From assembly GCA_040266055.1 (NCBI GenBank), contig JBDQFC010000002.1, forward strand, positions 6,219 to 70,218: DNA of 64,000 bases, written 5' to 3'. Every line of letters starts with the position of its first letter. Positions within the stretch are counted from its first letter, which is position 1. A program made the translations under genes and the position numbers. Of the stretch, positions 27,101-36,623 are shown in pieces. Below the pieces are notes generated by a model. It had not been told where the DNA came from, did not search any database, and saw nothing but the letters and a program-made list of their open reading frames with translations. The DNA is from Candidatus Nanopelagicales bacterium (lineage in GTDB: Bacteria; Actinomycetota; Actinomycetes; S36-B12).

Positions 27101-27665
27101 CTTTGACCTCTACGTACGGCTCGTAGGTGAGGCGCTTGCGGAGCACAAGGCTGGTCTGGGCGAGGGTGAAGCCGAGGTAGCCGAAGTGAAGGTTGAGCTC
27201 CCCGTCACTGCCCACCTGCCGGAAAGCTATGTGCCTGCGGAGCGTTTGCGTCTCGAGGCGTACAAGCGCCTCGCCGATGCGCACACCGAGGAGCAGGTGG
27301 ATGAGGTCGCTGCCGAGTTGGTCGACCGCTACGGGCCACTACCGGTGGAGACACAGACCCTGGTGGCGGTGGCCCGTTTCCGGGTGCACTGCCGAGAGGC
27401 TGGGATCGAGGAGGTCATCGCCCAGGGGAATGGAATTCGACTCCATCCGGTAGAACTCCCCGAATCCGCGCAGATGCGGATAACCCGGCTGTACCCGCGC
27501 ACCACGGTCAAGCCCGCCGTCCGTACGATCATCGTGCCGCGTCCGACGGCGGGAACCTCTATCGGCGCAGCACCCTTGAAAGACCACGATTTGCTGACGT
27601 GGGCAGATGATCTGGTTCAGGCCGTTCGTGGTGTCCACGTACAGCGCAAGGACGTAGACAAGTGA
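24129..27665 (+). CDS. mfd: Transcription-repair coupling factor
   Basis: Superfamily-2 helicase motifs (GDVGYGKTE, DEEQRFG, SATPIPRT, QLHQLRGRVGR). GTG 24129 overlaps the preceding stop. The upstream part of the ORF overlaps the cysQ-like gene. Confidence 0.95.
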   Translation: MSLHRLDELLDRYPPITRVAELAADPSAHDIDVHALLGTHPLVAHRIRSATTTPLLVLTPTGSGADDMAAALQDFAPDARIATFPSWETLPHERLSPSSDTVGRRTHVLRRIAYPDNNDPLLQSIDVVVASVRAALQPVMTAVAEAEPVRLHVGDHIDLTDLVERLVGLGYERVDLVERRGQVAVRGGIVDVFPSIEEHAVRVEFWGDEIDGIRHFAVADQRSLEAVEHGLLATPVRELLLTAEVRDRARELAQHAPGIAEMCGQIAEGLAIEGMESLSALFDSSMVTLLQLLPRGSHVVVSEPERVSARAADVIRTAQEFLEAGWHSAAVGADVPIDIEPAAYRTLDELHELATTRRCRWWSLDPLRNPDPDIDIGASAPEEYRGDAGIAFGDFRAWLAEGRVVVVTAGGRGSLERLAEEMSQADLASRLEEDLDPTNAAVVHLVRSHLHRGFVLPSVTVITESDLLGQRSTGKDGQRLPSRRRKTIDPLTLKAGDYVVHEHHGVGKYVEMIRRTVQGAEREYLIIEYAPSKRGQPADRLFLPMDQLDLITRYVGGESPSLHRLGGGDWAKTKGRARKAVRQIAGELVRLYAARQASTGHAFGPDTPWQRELEDAFEYVETPDQLACIDEVKLDMQRVTPMDRLICGDVGYGKTEIAVRAAFKAVQDGKQVAVLVPTTLLVQQHLATFSERYASFPIRVAALSRFTSTKERTEVLAGITDGTIDVVIGTHRLLTPEVRFKDLGLVIIDEEQRFGVEHKEHLKALRANVDVLAMSATPIPRTLEMAVTGIREMSVIQTPPEERHPVLTYVGPYDDKQIAAAIRRELLRDGQAFFVHNRVESIERAAKRLQDLVPEARIAIAHGQMAEGRLEQVIVDFWNKEIDVLVCTTIVESGIDIANANTLIVDRADSFGLSQLHQLRGRVGRSRERAYAYLLYDPNKPLTETAHERLSTIAQRTDLGSGMQIAMKDLEIRGAGNLLGGEQSGHIADVGFDLYVRLVGEALAEHKAGLGEGEAEVAEVKVELPVTAHLPESYVPAERLRLEAYKRLADAHTEEQVDEVAAELVDRYGPLPVETQTLVAVARFRVHCREAGIEEVIAQGNGIRLHPVELPESAQMRITRLYPRTTVKPAVRTIIVPRPTAGTSIGAAPLKDHDLLTWADDLVQAVRGVHVQRKDVDK

Positions 27666-27691
27666 GAGTTCGAGTGAGGACGGATCGACCG

Positions 27692-28294
27692 ATGGTGAAT
27701 AGTCGGAAGTTGGGTCTCTTCGGCGCTGCCATGGCGGTCGCGCTGGTTTCAAGCGGCTGCGTGACAGCCACCCCCGGGGCCGCTGCGATCGTTGGAGATA
27801 CCCGGATCACCGAGCGACAACTCACCTCCCAGGTGGAACAGGTTCTCAAGGCTCAGGGTCGGCCGGTGGACTCGGCATCCGAGGCGCTTGTCGTGACCAC
27901 CCTCGACCGGATGATCACAGCGCTGTTGGTTGAGCAAATCGCGGAAGAACAAGGCATCACGATCACCCGGGGCGAGTTGGACGCGACCATCGTGAATTAC
28001 GCAGAAGCGTCCGGCGGGCGACAAGCCTTCGAAGATGCACTCCTCGCCCAGGATCTCGCTCCTGACGACATCGAGGAACTGTTCCGCGTGAACATCCTCG
28101 CCCAGAAGATGGGCATGATCTTAGATCCAGGCGGCACGCCCGATTCACAATCGGCGTCGATCTTCGCGGCCGTAGCCGCGTACAGCGAAGAGGTAGGAAC
28201 CGAAGTAAGCCCGCGCTACGGATCATGGGATCCGGCGGGCCTGGTTGTCGGACCTCCTCCGAATGACTTGTCAGCTCCAATCCAGTTCTCCTAG
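27692..28294 (+). CDS. Lipoprotein, SurA-N-terminal-domain-like
   Basis: Signal peptide with lipobox LVSSGC. Helical chaperone-like body. Confidence 0.55.
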   Translation: MVNSRKLGLFGAAMAVALVSSGCVTATPGAAAIVGDTRITERQLTSQVEQVLKAQGRPVDSASEALVVTTLDRMITALLVEQIAEEQGITITRGELDATIVNYAEASGGRQAFEDALLAQDLAPDDIEELFRVNILAQKMGMILDPGGTPDSQSASIFAAVAAYSEEVGTEVSPRYGSWDPAGLVVGPPPNDLSAPIQFS

Positions 28295-28301
28295 CCGGCG
28301 A

Positions 28302-28964
28302 ATGACCAAGCGTGGGGAAAGGGTCCTCGAGCTCGTAGCGGTCATGGACCGTCTGCGTTCGGCCGGCGGATGCCCGTGGGATGCCCGTCAGACCCACGCG
28401 AGCCTGGTCGAGTACTTGGTCGAAGAGGCCTACGAAACGGTTGAGGCGATCGAAAAGCAGGACGACGCCGGCTTGCGTGAGGAACTCGGCGACCTGCTTC
28501 TCCAGGTTGTCTTCCATGCCCGTATTGCGCAGGAGGGCGAAGGCTGGGACATCGACGACGTCGCTCAGGGCATCGTCGACAAGTTGATCCGACGCCATCC
28601 GCACGTCTTCGCCGACGCGGATGCCAATACCGCCGAGAAGGTCGAGGCGAATTGGCACGCACTCAAGGCTCAGGAGAAGGGTCGCGAATCAGTAACTGAC
28701 GGAATCCCTGAACACCTCCCGGCGCTGCTTCGGGCATCGAAGGTTCACTCGCGCAGTGCGTCATTGGGCGAAGACCTACCTGAGATCGCGCGGATGGCTC
28801 AGGCTGAACAGATTCTCGACTCACTAGAAACAGAGGACGAGTTGGGTGACCTGCTTGTGGCCGTGGCTTCTTTGGCCCGCTCGCGAGACTGGGACGCCGA
28901 GGCTGCACTGAGACAGGCCGTCAGACGTCGCATCGACGCGATCGTCGAGGTCGAACGCTCGTGA
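28302..28964 (+). CDS. mazG: Nucleoside triphosphate pyrophosphohydrolase
   Basis: CPWDARQTHASLVEYLVEEAYETVEAIE and ELGDLLLQVVFHARIA MazG motifs. Follows mfd, as in mycobacteria. Confidence 0.85.
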   Translation: MTKRGERVLELVAVMDRLRSAGGCPWDARQTHASLVEYLVEEAYETVEAIEKQDDAGLREELGDLLLQVVFHARIAQEGEGWDIDDVAQGIVDKLIRRHPHVFADADANTAEKVEANWHALKAQEKGRESVTDGIPEHLPALLRASKVHSRSASLGEDLPEIARMAQAEQILDSLETEDELGDLLVAVASLARSRDWDAEAALRQAVRRRIDAIVEVERS

Positions 28965-30610
28965 ACGACGCAACAGCTGAGTTCCGTGCACTAGCCGAAG
29001 CCTGCATCGACTCTGCGCTCGAGGCCGATCCGGTCGCTGCCACGTGGTTGGGCGACCACCGATTCGACGACCGTCTGCCGAACTACACGGCTTCAGTTCA
29101 AGATGACCGTTCTCGCGAGATCGATGACCAATTGACGGCTATCGACGCTATCGACGATGTCGAATTGGACGTTACGGATCTGGTGGATCTAGAGATCCTG
29201 CGTTCACGATTGCAGAGGGAAGCGTTCGAGATCGAAGAGTTGCGATCAGCCAAGTGGAACCCGATGCAGTGGAATCCCGGAACCGCCCTACACCTGTTGC
29301 TGTCTCGAGATTTTGCGCCGTGGCCCGAGCGTGCCGTTTCACTGGATGCCCGCCTCGCCGCTGTTCCCGAGTTCTTGGAACAGGCCCGCTCGACCCTTGG
29401 CGACATGCCGCAGATCCACGTCGAGACGGCGATCGGCCAGTTGCAGGGGACACGCGCGCTCATCGCGGACGTCATCCCCACTGAATGTGATCGCCACGAG
29501 TCACCGGTTCCCGGAGCCGTCTCTGCGGCGCTGGACGCGGTCGACGAACACCTTGAATGGCTCGAAGAGAAGCTATCGGTCAGCACGAGAAGCCCACGGC
29601 TGAACCAGCGGGTGTACGCCGGAGTGCTGTGGCACTCACTGGATGACGCCACAAGCGCGAACCACCTGCTTCGAGACGCAGAAGCGCATCTCGACGCCGT
29701 GACCGAACAGCTCCGAGAGGTAGCAGCTGAATATCTCGATGAGTCAGTGCACGCCGAACGGGTGGTCCGTCGCGCCCTGGAATCGGTTGCGCTCGAATCA
29801 CCGGTGACGAATGAGACGGTTCTGCCGCTCGTTGAAGGTGCGCTGCTGCGAACCACCGACTTTGTGCGCGAACACGACCTCGTATCGATCCCGGAAACCG
29901 AAGTCCAGGTTATCGAAATGCCTGAAGTTCACCGTGGCGTGGCTATTGCGTACTGCGATGCACCGGGTCCACTCGAAACGTCCTCAGTTCCTACGTACGT
30001 GGCTGTGTCACCAACACCCGCTTCGTGGGATGCCGAGCGCATCGATTCTTTTTACCGGGAATACAACGGGACCTTACTTCACGATCTGACTATTCACGAA
30101 GCGATGCCGGGACACGTATTACAGCTGGCGCACGCCGCGCGTCTGGAGTCACCGACGCGGGTTCGCCGATTCGGGTTCAGCGGAGTGTTCGTTGAAGGGT
30201 GGGCGGTGTATGCAGAGGAACTGCTCCTCGATCACGGGTATGCCCCAGAGGAGTCGCGGCGATCGGCCCTGGCGATCCGCCTTCAGCAACTGAAGATGCA
30301 AGCCCGCATGGCGATCAACACAATCTTGGATATTCGGGTCCACTCCATGGACATGACCGAGGATGAAGGCCTTCGACTCATGACCTTCCGCGGATTCCAG
30401 GAGGAGGGCGAAGCGGTGGGAAAGTGGCGTCGTGCTCTCCTGACCGCAGGGCAGCTACCCACCTATTTCGTTGGATATCGCGCGGTGAAGAGCATCGCCG
30501 ATGATCTGCGGGTTGTGCACCCGGACTGGAGCGATCGCCAGGTGCACGATCTGGTGCTGGGACATGGTTCGCCGGCGCCTCGCCACCTGCGGGCTTTGGT
30601 CGGGATCTAG
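28961..30610 (+). CDS. DUF885-family protein (putative metallohydrolase fold)
   Basis: 549 aa with the LTIHEAMPGHVLQ motif typical of DUF885/COG4805. GTGA overlap with mazG. Confidence 0.7.
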   Translation: MNDATAEFRALAEACIDSALEADPVAATWLGDHRFDDRLPNYTASVQDDRSREIDDQLTAIDAIDDVELDVTDLVDLEILRSRLQREAFEIEELRSAKWNPMQWNPGTALHLLLSRDFAPWPERAVSLDARLAAVPEFLEQARSTLGDMPQIHVETAIGQLQGTRALIADVIPTECDRHESPVPGAVSAALDAVDEHLEWLEEKLSVSTRSPRLNQRVYAGVLWHSLDDATSANHLLRDAEAHLDAVTEQLREVAAEYLDESVHAERVVRRALESVALESPVTNETVLPLVEGALLRTTDFVREHDLVSIPETEVQVIEMPEVHRGVAIAYCDAPGPLETSSVPTYVAVSPTPASWDAERIDSFYREYNGTLLHDLTIHEAMPGHVLQLAHAARLESPTRVRRFGFSGVFVEGWAVYAEELLLDHGYAPEESRRSALAIRLQQLKMQARMAINTILDIRVHSMDMTEDEGLRLMTFRGFQEEGEAVGKWRRALLTAGQLPTYFVGYRAVKSIADDLRVVHPDWSDRQVHDLVLGHGSPAPRHLRALVGI

Positions 30611-30645
30611 TCCCGAAGCCGCAGCTTCTGTGAGATTGTCAGCAC

Positions 30646-32295
30646 GTGCCCGACGCTGATCTTTGTATTGTCAACTTCGAATGCCCCCTCCTTCCTGATG
30701 ATGTCCGCGCCATTGGGATCACCGGTGGTCGTTTCTCGCACTTCTGGAACAACCTCGACGATGTGTCGGCCGGAGCGAGCCTGGATCTCGACGGCTGCAC
30801 TCTTTTGCCGGGAATCGATGATTCACACCTGCATGGGTACGAATACGGCCGATCGCTCACGGCAGTCGATCTTGGCCGCACAGCGGCAGGAAATCTCGAG
30901 ACCTTCCGCGAAGTCCTCCGATCGGCCACGCCGGAAGCGAGTGGGTGGATCCGTGGAATTGGGTGGGACGGTACGGATTTCATCGGATCGGGACCCAATG
31001 GAACCCTGTCGATCGCCGATATTGATGATGTAACGGGTGTCGCTCCCGCCATCCTCACGGACGTGACGGGACACCAGGCGCTCGTTAACTCTGCGGCTCT
31101 TGGGGTCGCTGGCATCGATGTGAACACTCCCAACCCCTCGGGGGGAGTTATCGTGCGAGATGAGTCGGGCGCTGCGACGGGTTTGATCATGGAAGCGGCA
31201 ATAGGTCTCATCAATCAAGTCATCCCGCAGTTGAGCTCTGAAGACCAGCGGCGGGCGATTCTTGTCGCTCAAGATGCCTTGGTGCGTCAGGGAGTCGTTG
31301 CGTACACCGACCCCGGGCTTGGCCCTGGTGCGCGCACTCTTATGGACGGCACCGGTGATCTGGGAGCAGTGGAGGCCTATCGACGGGTCGTAGATGACGG
31401 CCTCCTCGCGTTGCGGGTGAATGTCATGCTGCTCTTCGGTGGGCTGGGTGGTACAACGGCACGTGAGGTGAGTGACGGGTTAGCAGACTTTGGCGGACCT
31501 ACGTCCATGAGTCCGTTCGGACAACTTGGCATTGCCCAGGTCAAGGTGTTTGCAGACGGAATACCTCGAAGTCGAACCGCGTGGATGTCGGAGCCCTATG
31601 ACGACTGCACGCACGGAAAGCTTCAGATTGCAGGCGAGACCGATGAAGACCGTGTCCGGGAGCTTCACGAAATCGTTACTTGTGCTGCGTCCAAAGGATG
31701 GCAGGTCGGCGTTCATTCCATCGGGGACGAGGCCATTGAACACGTGGTCGATGCTCTGACGGCCGAGCAGAACATGCCGCGCGAACTGCGTCACTATGTG
31801 ATCCACGGGGATTTTATTCGCCACCGTGACATTGGTCGGATGAGCCGAGCAGATGTGACGCTTAACGCGAATCCAAGTATCCGATGGCAAGTGGGGGGCA
31901 GCGTTGCCCCCGTCATCGGTGACGAGCGGAACGCTCGCCGTCAGCCCCTTCGTACTGCAGTCGACGAAGGTGTCAACGTATGTCTATCGTCCGATGCACC
32001 TGTCGCGCCCCCTGACTGGAGAGTCATGTTCGCGGCGGCGGTGACCCGCTCCTGGAGGTCCGACCCTGGTCGGACCGACAATCAGCGGCTCTCGATCCGT
32101 GAGGCCCTCCACGCCCTGACGCGCAACGCCTCGTGGCAGAGTCACGCAGAGTCCTGGCGTGGGTCCCTCGCGGCTAATCAGTCTGCTGACTTCATAGTTC
32201 TCGATCAACGGGTGGACTGGAATGAGCCGTGGTCGCTAGTCGATGCATCGATTGTCCGTACAGTCATTCACGGTGACACCGTTTTCGAGAAGTGA
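30646..32295 (+). CDS. Amidohydrolase-3-family metal-dependent hydrolase
   Basis: DDSHLHG (HxH), VHSIGDEAIEH, IHGDF and SSDAPVAP motifs. Confidence 0.8.
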   Translation: MPDADLCIVNFECPLLPDDVRAIGITGGRFSHFWNNLDDVSAGASLDLDGCTLLPGIDDSHLHGYEYGRSLTAVDLGRTAAGNLETFREVLRSATPEASGWIRGIGWDGTDFIGSGPNGTLSIADIDDVTGVAPAILTDVTGHQALVNSAALGVAGIDVNTPNPSGGVIVRDESGAATGLIMEAAIGLINQVIPQLSSEDQRRAILVAQDALVRQGVVAYTDPGLGPGARTLMDGTGDLGAVEAYRRVVDDGLLALRVNVMLLFGGLGGTTAREVSDGLADFGGPTSMSPFGQLGIAQVKVFADGIPRSRTAWMSEPYDDCTHGKLQIAGETDEDRVRELHEIVTCAASKGWQVGVHSIGDEAIEHVVDALTAEQNMPRELRHYVIHGDFIRHRDIGRMSRADVTLNANPSIRWQVGGSVAPVIGDERNARRQPLRTAVDEGVNVCLSSDAPVAPPDWRVMFAAAVTRSWRSDPGRTDNQRLSIREALHALTRNASWQSHAESWRGSLAANQSADFIVLDQRVDWNEPWSLVDASIVRTVIHGDTVFEK

Positions 32296-32301
32296 GGCGT
32301 C

Positions 32302-33855
32302 ATGAACATAGTTGTGATCTGCGCTGATCAATTACGTGCCGACCATCTTGGCCATGAAGGCATGTTGCCGGTGAAGACACCATGGATCGACTCGATCGCA
32401 CACGAAGGCCATAGTTTTGCCAATGCTTATGTGACTAATCCCGTGTGTATGCCCAATCGGGCCAGCATCATGACCGGGCGTTGGCCCTCCGCCCACGGAG
32501 TGCGAACCAATGGATTGCCTCTCGATCCGCACGCGGATACGTATGCGCGAGTGCTTCGCGGCAAGGGTTGGAAAACCGCAGCCGTCGGAAAGCTCCACCT
32601 GCAACCCATGGGCTATCCGTATGAGGAGTACCAGCTTGACCAGATCAAGCAAGCCGTTCCCGATCTATGGAAGCGGGCGATGGAAAATTTCTCCACTGAC
32701 TTCCAATCATGGGAGGACTTCCAGCTTCACGCTGAGGGGCCGATCACCATCCCTGAGGACTACTACGGCTTCGATGACGTATCGCTCGTGATCGGCCACG
32801 GTGATCGGGTGTCCGGGAATTATCGCGAGTGGGCTCGCTCTCGTGGCTGGGATCCTGAGGTGCAATCGGGGGTTGATGCGTCCCCCAACGTTCTTGCGTC
32901 GTGGGATCACGTCTATGAGAGTCCGGTTCCTGCAGAGCTTCACCCGACCACTTTCGTTGCTGAGGAGGCTGTCAGCCGACTTCGGGCCTTTGCCGAACTG
33001 GATTCGGAATTTCTTCTCTACGTCTCTTTCCCCGACCCGCACCATCCCTTTGCGCCACCTCGCGAGTACTTCGAGAGGTACCGCCCGGACGAAGTTCCTA
33101 TACCGGACAGCTTCTTTGATGAACACGAGTCGTCTCCGCAGTACATCCGGGAGATGGTTGCTCGACGCGGAACGCAAGACGTCGATCCAATGATGCTGTG
33201 GTCGCCCAGCGAAGAGCAGTTCCGGCATGCTTTGGCGGCGGAGATGGGATCGATCGAATTCATCGACGATGCGGTGGGCCGGATCCTGCAGGCTCTTGAA
33301 GATCAGGGTTTGGCTGATGACACGGTGGTTGTCTTCACTTCGGATCACGGTGATGTCTTCGGAGATCACGGGCTGATGCTCAAGCACTTCACCCACTATC
33401 GCGGGGTCATTCGGGTGCCGCTTCTCATCCGAGGCCCGGAATTCGGGCATGGTCGACACGAGGGTCTCGCAAGTAGCGCAGACATTGCACCGACAATCCT
33501 TGATCTCGTGAATGCGCCAGCCCTGTCTCAGGCACAGGGCCAGTCGTTGACCCGCGTCATTCGGGGTGAGGCACCATCAGTCCGCAAGGCGCTCGTTGTG
33601 GAAGAGGATCAGCCCTACGGCCTTGTCGATCTTCCTGGTCCGGTTCGGATGCGGACACTCGTGACGGAGAACGTCAGGCTGACTGAGATCCCAGCCAGGG
33701 GGATCGTCGAGCTGTATGACAGGCGCACCGACCCACAAGAGATCAAGAACATTGCGGAAAGGGACGAAGCGCTCCTGGCCCAATCCAGAGAGTTACTCCT
33801 GGCCGAAGTTGTCGCTCTCCAGGACGGCTCCCGGGTTCCGTTCCACGCCGCGTAG
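32302..33855 (+). CDS. Cys-type sulfatase (formylglycine-dependent), cytoplasmic
   Basis: NPVCMPNRASIMTGR (C-x-P-x-R...TG) and SDHGDVFGDHG motifs. No signal peptide (starts MNIVVICADQL). Confidence 0.85.
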   Translation: MNIVVICADQLRADHLGHEGMLPVKTPWIDSIAHEGHSFANAYVTNPVCMPNRASIMTGRWPSAHGVRTNGLPLDPHADTYARVLRGKGWKTAAVGKLHLQPMGYPYEEYQLDQIKQAVPDLWKRAMENFSTDFQSWEDFQLHAEGPITIPEDYYGFDDVSLVIGHGDRVSGNYREWARSRGWDPEVQSGVDASPNVLASWDHVYESPVPAELHPTTFVAEEAVSRLRAFAELDSEFLLYVSFPDPHHPFAPPREYFERYRPDEVPIPDSFFDEHESSPQYIREMVARRGTQDVDPMMLWSPSEEQFRHALAAEMGSIEFIDDAVGRILQALEDQGLADDTVVVFTSDHGDVFGDHGLMLKHFTHYRGVIRVPLLIRGPEFGHGRHEGLASSADIAPTILDLVNAPALSQAQGQSLTRVIRGEAPSVRKALVVEEDQPYGLVDLPGPVRMRTLVTENVRLTEIPARGIVELYDRRTDPQEIKNIAERDEALLAQSRELLLAEVVALQDGSRVPFHAA

Positions 33856-33954
33856 GGGTCTTCATGGATGTCGAATTTTGGAGAAACGTGGATTTTCGAT
33901 GAGCTCTGGATATACCTTTCGCTAACGAAAGATTTCCCCTAGTGAGGAGTATTC

Positions 33955-34974
33955 ATGGGAACTCGCAAGAAGTGGGTGGCCGGCATTCTGGCTACCGGGG
34001 TCATGGGAGCGATGCTGTCCGGGGTCGCCTCGCCCGCGCAGGCGCTGACCGATATCAAGGTGGCCCTCGGCCCTTACAACTCGATCGGTGCGATCCAGTA
34101 CGCGCAGGACTCGGGAATCATGCGCAAGAACAACCTGAACATCAGCGAGTTCGTCGTGCTGCCCGCGCCGCCACCGGCTATCGCTGCTCTGGCGAGTGGT
34201 CAAGTTCAGTTCGCATACACCCCGACGATTCCCGCGATCAACTCTTACGAGAATGCTGGGATTAATCTGCGCATCGTCGCCCCGGCGGATGGCTACAAGC
34301 GTCGCGACCTGGTCAAGGCCAAGAAGAACTCGGCTTTTGCCGCCTCGATGGATGACACCGGCGTCTGCGTCAACCCGTCTTCCGGAATCAAGCGTTGGAA
34401 AAACCTCGAGGGCAAGACCGTCTCGGTCCCCGCCCGCGGCGCCCAGGCCGAGGTCACCATTGCTCAAGCGGTCAAGGATGATGGCGGTGACGCAAGCAAG
34501 ATTAACTGGGTGACTCTCACATTCCCCGAGGTCGTTCCGAGCGTTAAGAACGGTCAAGTGGATGCCGGCTTCACGGTCGAGCCCTTTGGCGGAATTTGCA
34601 AGTCCGAGGGCATGAGCAATCTCGGATCACCGGGTATCGCATTCTTCGATGTGGAGCAGGCAATCGGCGTATGGGTCACCACCGCGGATTACGCGAAGAA
34701 GAACCCAAAGGTGGTTGCTGACTTCCAGAAGGCGATGTACCAAACGCATGAGTACGCTAATAAGAGCAAGGCGAACATGCGCAAGGTCATCCTGGCGTCG
34801 ACCAAGATCACCGAGTTGAGTGCGAAGGATGCGCTTGCCGCGAATCCTCCGTATTACCCGATGCAGGTCACTCGCGTGGACGTCACTCGCCCGGCACAGA
34901 AGATGTACGAACTCGGCTTCCTTGACAAGAAGGCCGACGTAGCCGGATTGCTGCAGAAGCAGTACCGCAAGTAA
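33955..34974 (+). CDS. ABC transporter substrate-binding protein, NitT/TauT (NMT1/SsuA-like) family
   Basis: Signal peptide ending in ASPAQA. Periplasmic-binding-fold body. Followed by matching permease and ATPase genes. Confidence 0.75.
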   Translation: MGTRKKWVAGILATGVMGAMLSGVASPAQALTDIKVALGPYNSIGAIQYAQDSGIMRKNNLNISEFVVLPAPPPAIAALASGQVQFAYTPTIPAINSYENAGINLRIVAPADGYKRRDLVKAKKNSAFAASMDDTGVCVNPSSGIKRWKNLEGKTVSVPARGAQAEVTIAQAVKDDGGDASKINWVTLTFPEVVPSVKNGQVDAGFTVEPFGGICKSEGMSNLGSPGIAFFDVEQAIGVWVTTADYAKKNPKVVADFQKAMYQTHEYANKSKANMRKVILASTKITELSAKDALAANPPYYPMQVTRVDVTRPAQKMYELGFLDKKADVAGLLQKQYRK

Positions 34975-34983
34975 CGCTAATGA

Positions 34984-35026
34984 AATGTTGTGGGGCCGCT
35001 GCGCTAAGCAGTGGCCCCACAACATT
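34984..35026 (+). terminator. Long hairpin (13 perfect bp, extendable to about 19 bp) between the binding-protein and permease genes
   Basis: ATGTTGTGGGGCC (34985-34997) pairs with GGCCCCACAACAT (35013-35025). Inner pairing GCTGC/GCAGT around loop gctaa. Confidence 0.55.
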
Positions 35027-35061
35027 CGTATTGACACTCAAAGAGGTGAGGTAGTGCAGCG

Positions 35062-35847
35062 GTGACGACCATTTCGACCGAAGGGTCGCGGAAGAGCGTC
35101 TTTGGGCTCATTCCGCCCGCGGTCGTATCCACTTTGGTGTCGCTAGCGATTTGGCAACTGGCCGCCACGGTAGGGCCCATCTCGGAATCGTCGATTCCAA
35201 CTGCAACCGCGACCGTTGCAACCCTCGTCGCGATGATCTTTGAGGGAGAAACCTACGCTCTCATCGGCGAAACTTTCGTTATGGCGGGAATCGGATTCCT
35301 GTTATCCGTTGTGATTGCCATTCCCGCAGGATTTGCGATCGGATTGAGTCGATTTGCCTACAGATCCACCAAATTCACATTCGACTTCTTCAAAGTTATC
35401 CCGCCCATCGTCCTAATCCCGATCACCATCTTGGTGCTCGGACCATCAATGCAGATGGGTGTCTTCCTGATTGTCTTCACGAACGTGTTCGCATTGGCGA
35501 TTCAGACGTCCTACGGCGTTCGAGACACAGACCCAGTCCTACTGGAGACACTGCGGCTGTATCGCCTAGGACTAGCCAAGCAGATCCTCTACGCGCGCCT
35601 GCCAACAGCTCTGCCCTTTATTGCAGTGGGACTACGACTTGCCGCAGCGGCTTCCCTCATCGTGGCGGTGGTTGCAGGTCTCCTCGGAGGTGCCCCCGGT
35701 CTGGGAAACGCGATCCTCACGAGTCAGTCCAGCGGAAACTCTGAACGGACCTTTGCCATCGTCCTACTTCTGGGCGTCCTCGGAGTCGCGGTGAGCCGAG
35801 CCATTCAGTGGTCGCAGGCTCGCATCGTTTTCTGGGAGTCCCGATGA
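35062..35847 (+). CDS. ABC transporter permease (NitT/TauT family)
   Basis: 261 aa with 6 TM segments and a BPD-transport-type EAA-like loop region. Confidence 0.8.
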   Translation: MTTISTEGSRKSVFGLIPPAVVSTLVSLAIWQLAATVGPISESSIPTATATVATLVAMIFEGETYALIGETFVMAGIGFLLSVVIAIPAGFAIGLSRFAYRSTKFTFDFFKVIPPIVLIPITILVLGPSMQMGVFLIVFTNVFALAIQTSYGVRDTDPVLLETLRLYRLGLAKQILYARLPTALPFIAVGLRLAAAASLIVAVVAGLLGGAPGLGNAILTSQSSGNSERTFAIVLLLGVLGVAVSRAIQWSQARIVFWESR

Positions 35848-36617
35848 AGGTGTATTCGAAGGTACTCCTAATCCTGACCGGCGCGTGGCTGCCTGTTGCT
35901 CTGATCATCCTTTGGTGGAATGTCAGCGCAGACTCCTCGAACCCTTTCTTCCCGCCCCTGAGTGTGATCTGGCAGCAGTTCACGACCATCTGGTTCTCTG
36001 ATCAGTTTGTGATCAACGCGGTTCCTTCGCTAAGGAACTTGTTCATCGGCTATGTGATCGCGGTTGTCGTCGGGCTCGTGTTGGGCGCCTACATCGGCGC
36101 GAGTAAGACGTTGGGATCGTATATCGAGCCTGTGGCGGACTTCATCCGTTCCATTCCTCCCGTTGCGACGGTTCCCATCTTCATCGTCATTTTCGGCCTC
36201 GGAATGCAGATGAGAATCGCCGCCATTTCCGTATCGGCTCTTTTCCCGATTCTGTTGGCAACGATTCAGGCCGTTCGGTCTACCGACCGTGTCTTACTCG
36301 ACACGACCAAGACCATGCGTCTGACTCCCAGTCAGGTGTTATGGCGCGTCAGGATGCCGGCGGGATTGCCGATGATCTTCTCGGGACTTCAGTTGGGTTT
36401 GCAGGTTGCCTTCATTGTCACGATTGCCTCGGAGTATTTGGGTGCTGGGTTCGGCATGGGCGCATTCACATTGATAGCAGCCGACAGCTTCATGATCCTT
36501 GATGCCTGGACCGGTGTGATCCTGATGGGGCTCCTCGGATACGGGATCAACCTGATCTTCGATGTTGTTCAACGAATCATGCTGTCGTGGTACGTCGGCC
36601 AGAAGAAGCTGGCATAG
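35844..36617 (+). CDS. ABC transporter permease (NitT/TauT family), second subunit
   Basis: ATG 35844 overlaps the preceding stop (ATGA). Polytopic and paralogous to the upstream permease. Confidence 0.8.
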   Translation: MKVYSKVLLILTGAWLPVALIILWWNVSADSSNPFFPPLSVIWQQFTTIWFSDQFVINAVPSLRNLFIGYVIAVVVGLVLGAYIGASKTLGSYIEPVADFIRSIPPVATVPIFIVIFGLGMQMRIAAISVSALFPILLATIQAVRSTDRVLLDTTKTMRLTPSQVLWRVRMPAGLPMIFSGLQLGLQVAFIVTIASEYLGAGFGMGAFTLIAADSFMILDAWTGVILMGLLGYGINLIFDVVQRIMLSWYVGQKKLA

Positions 36618-36623
36618 AGGAGT

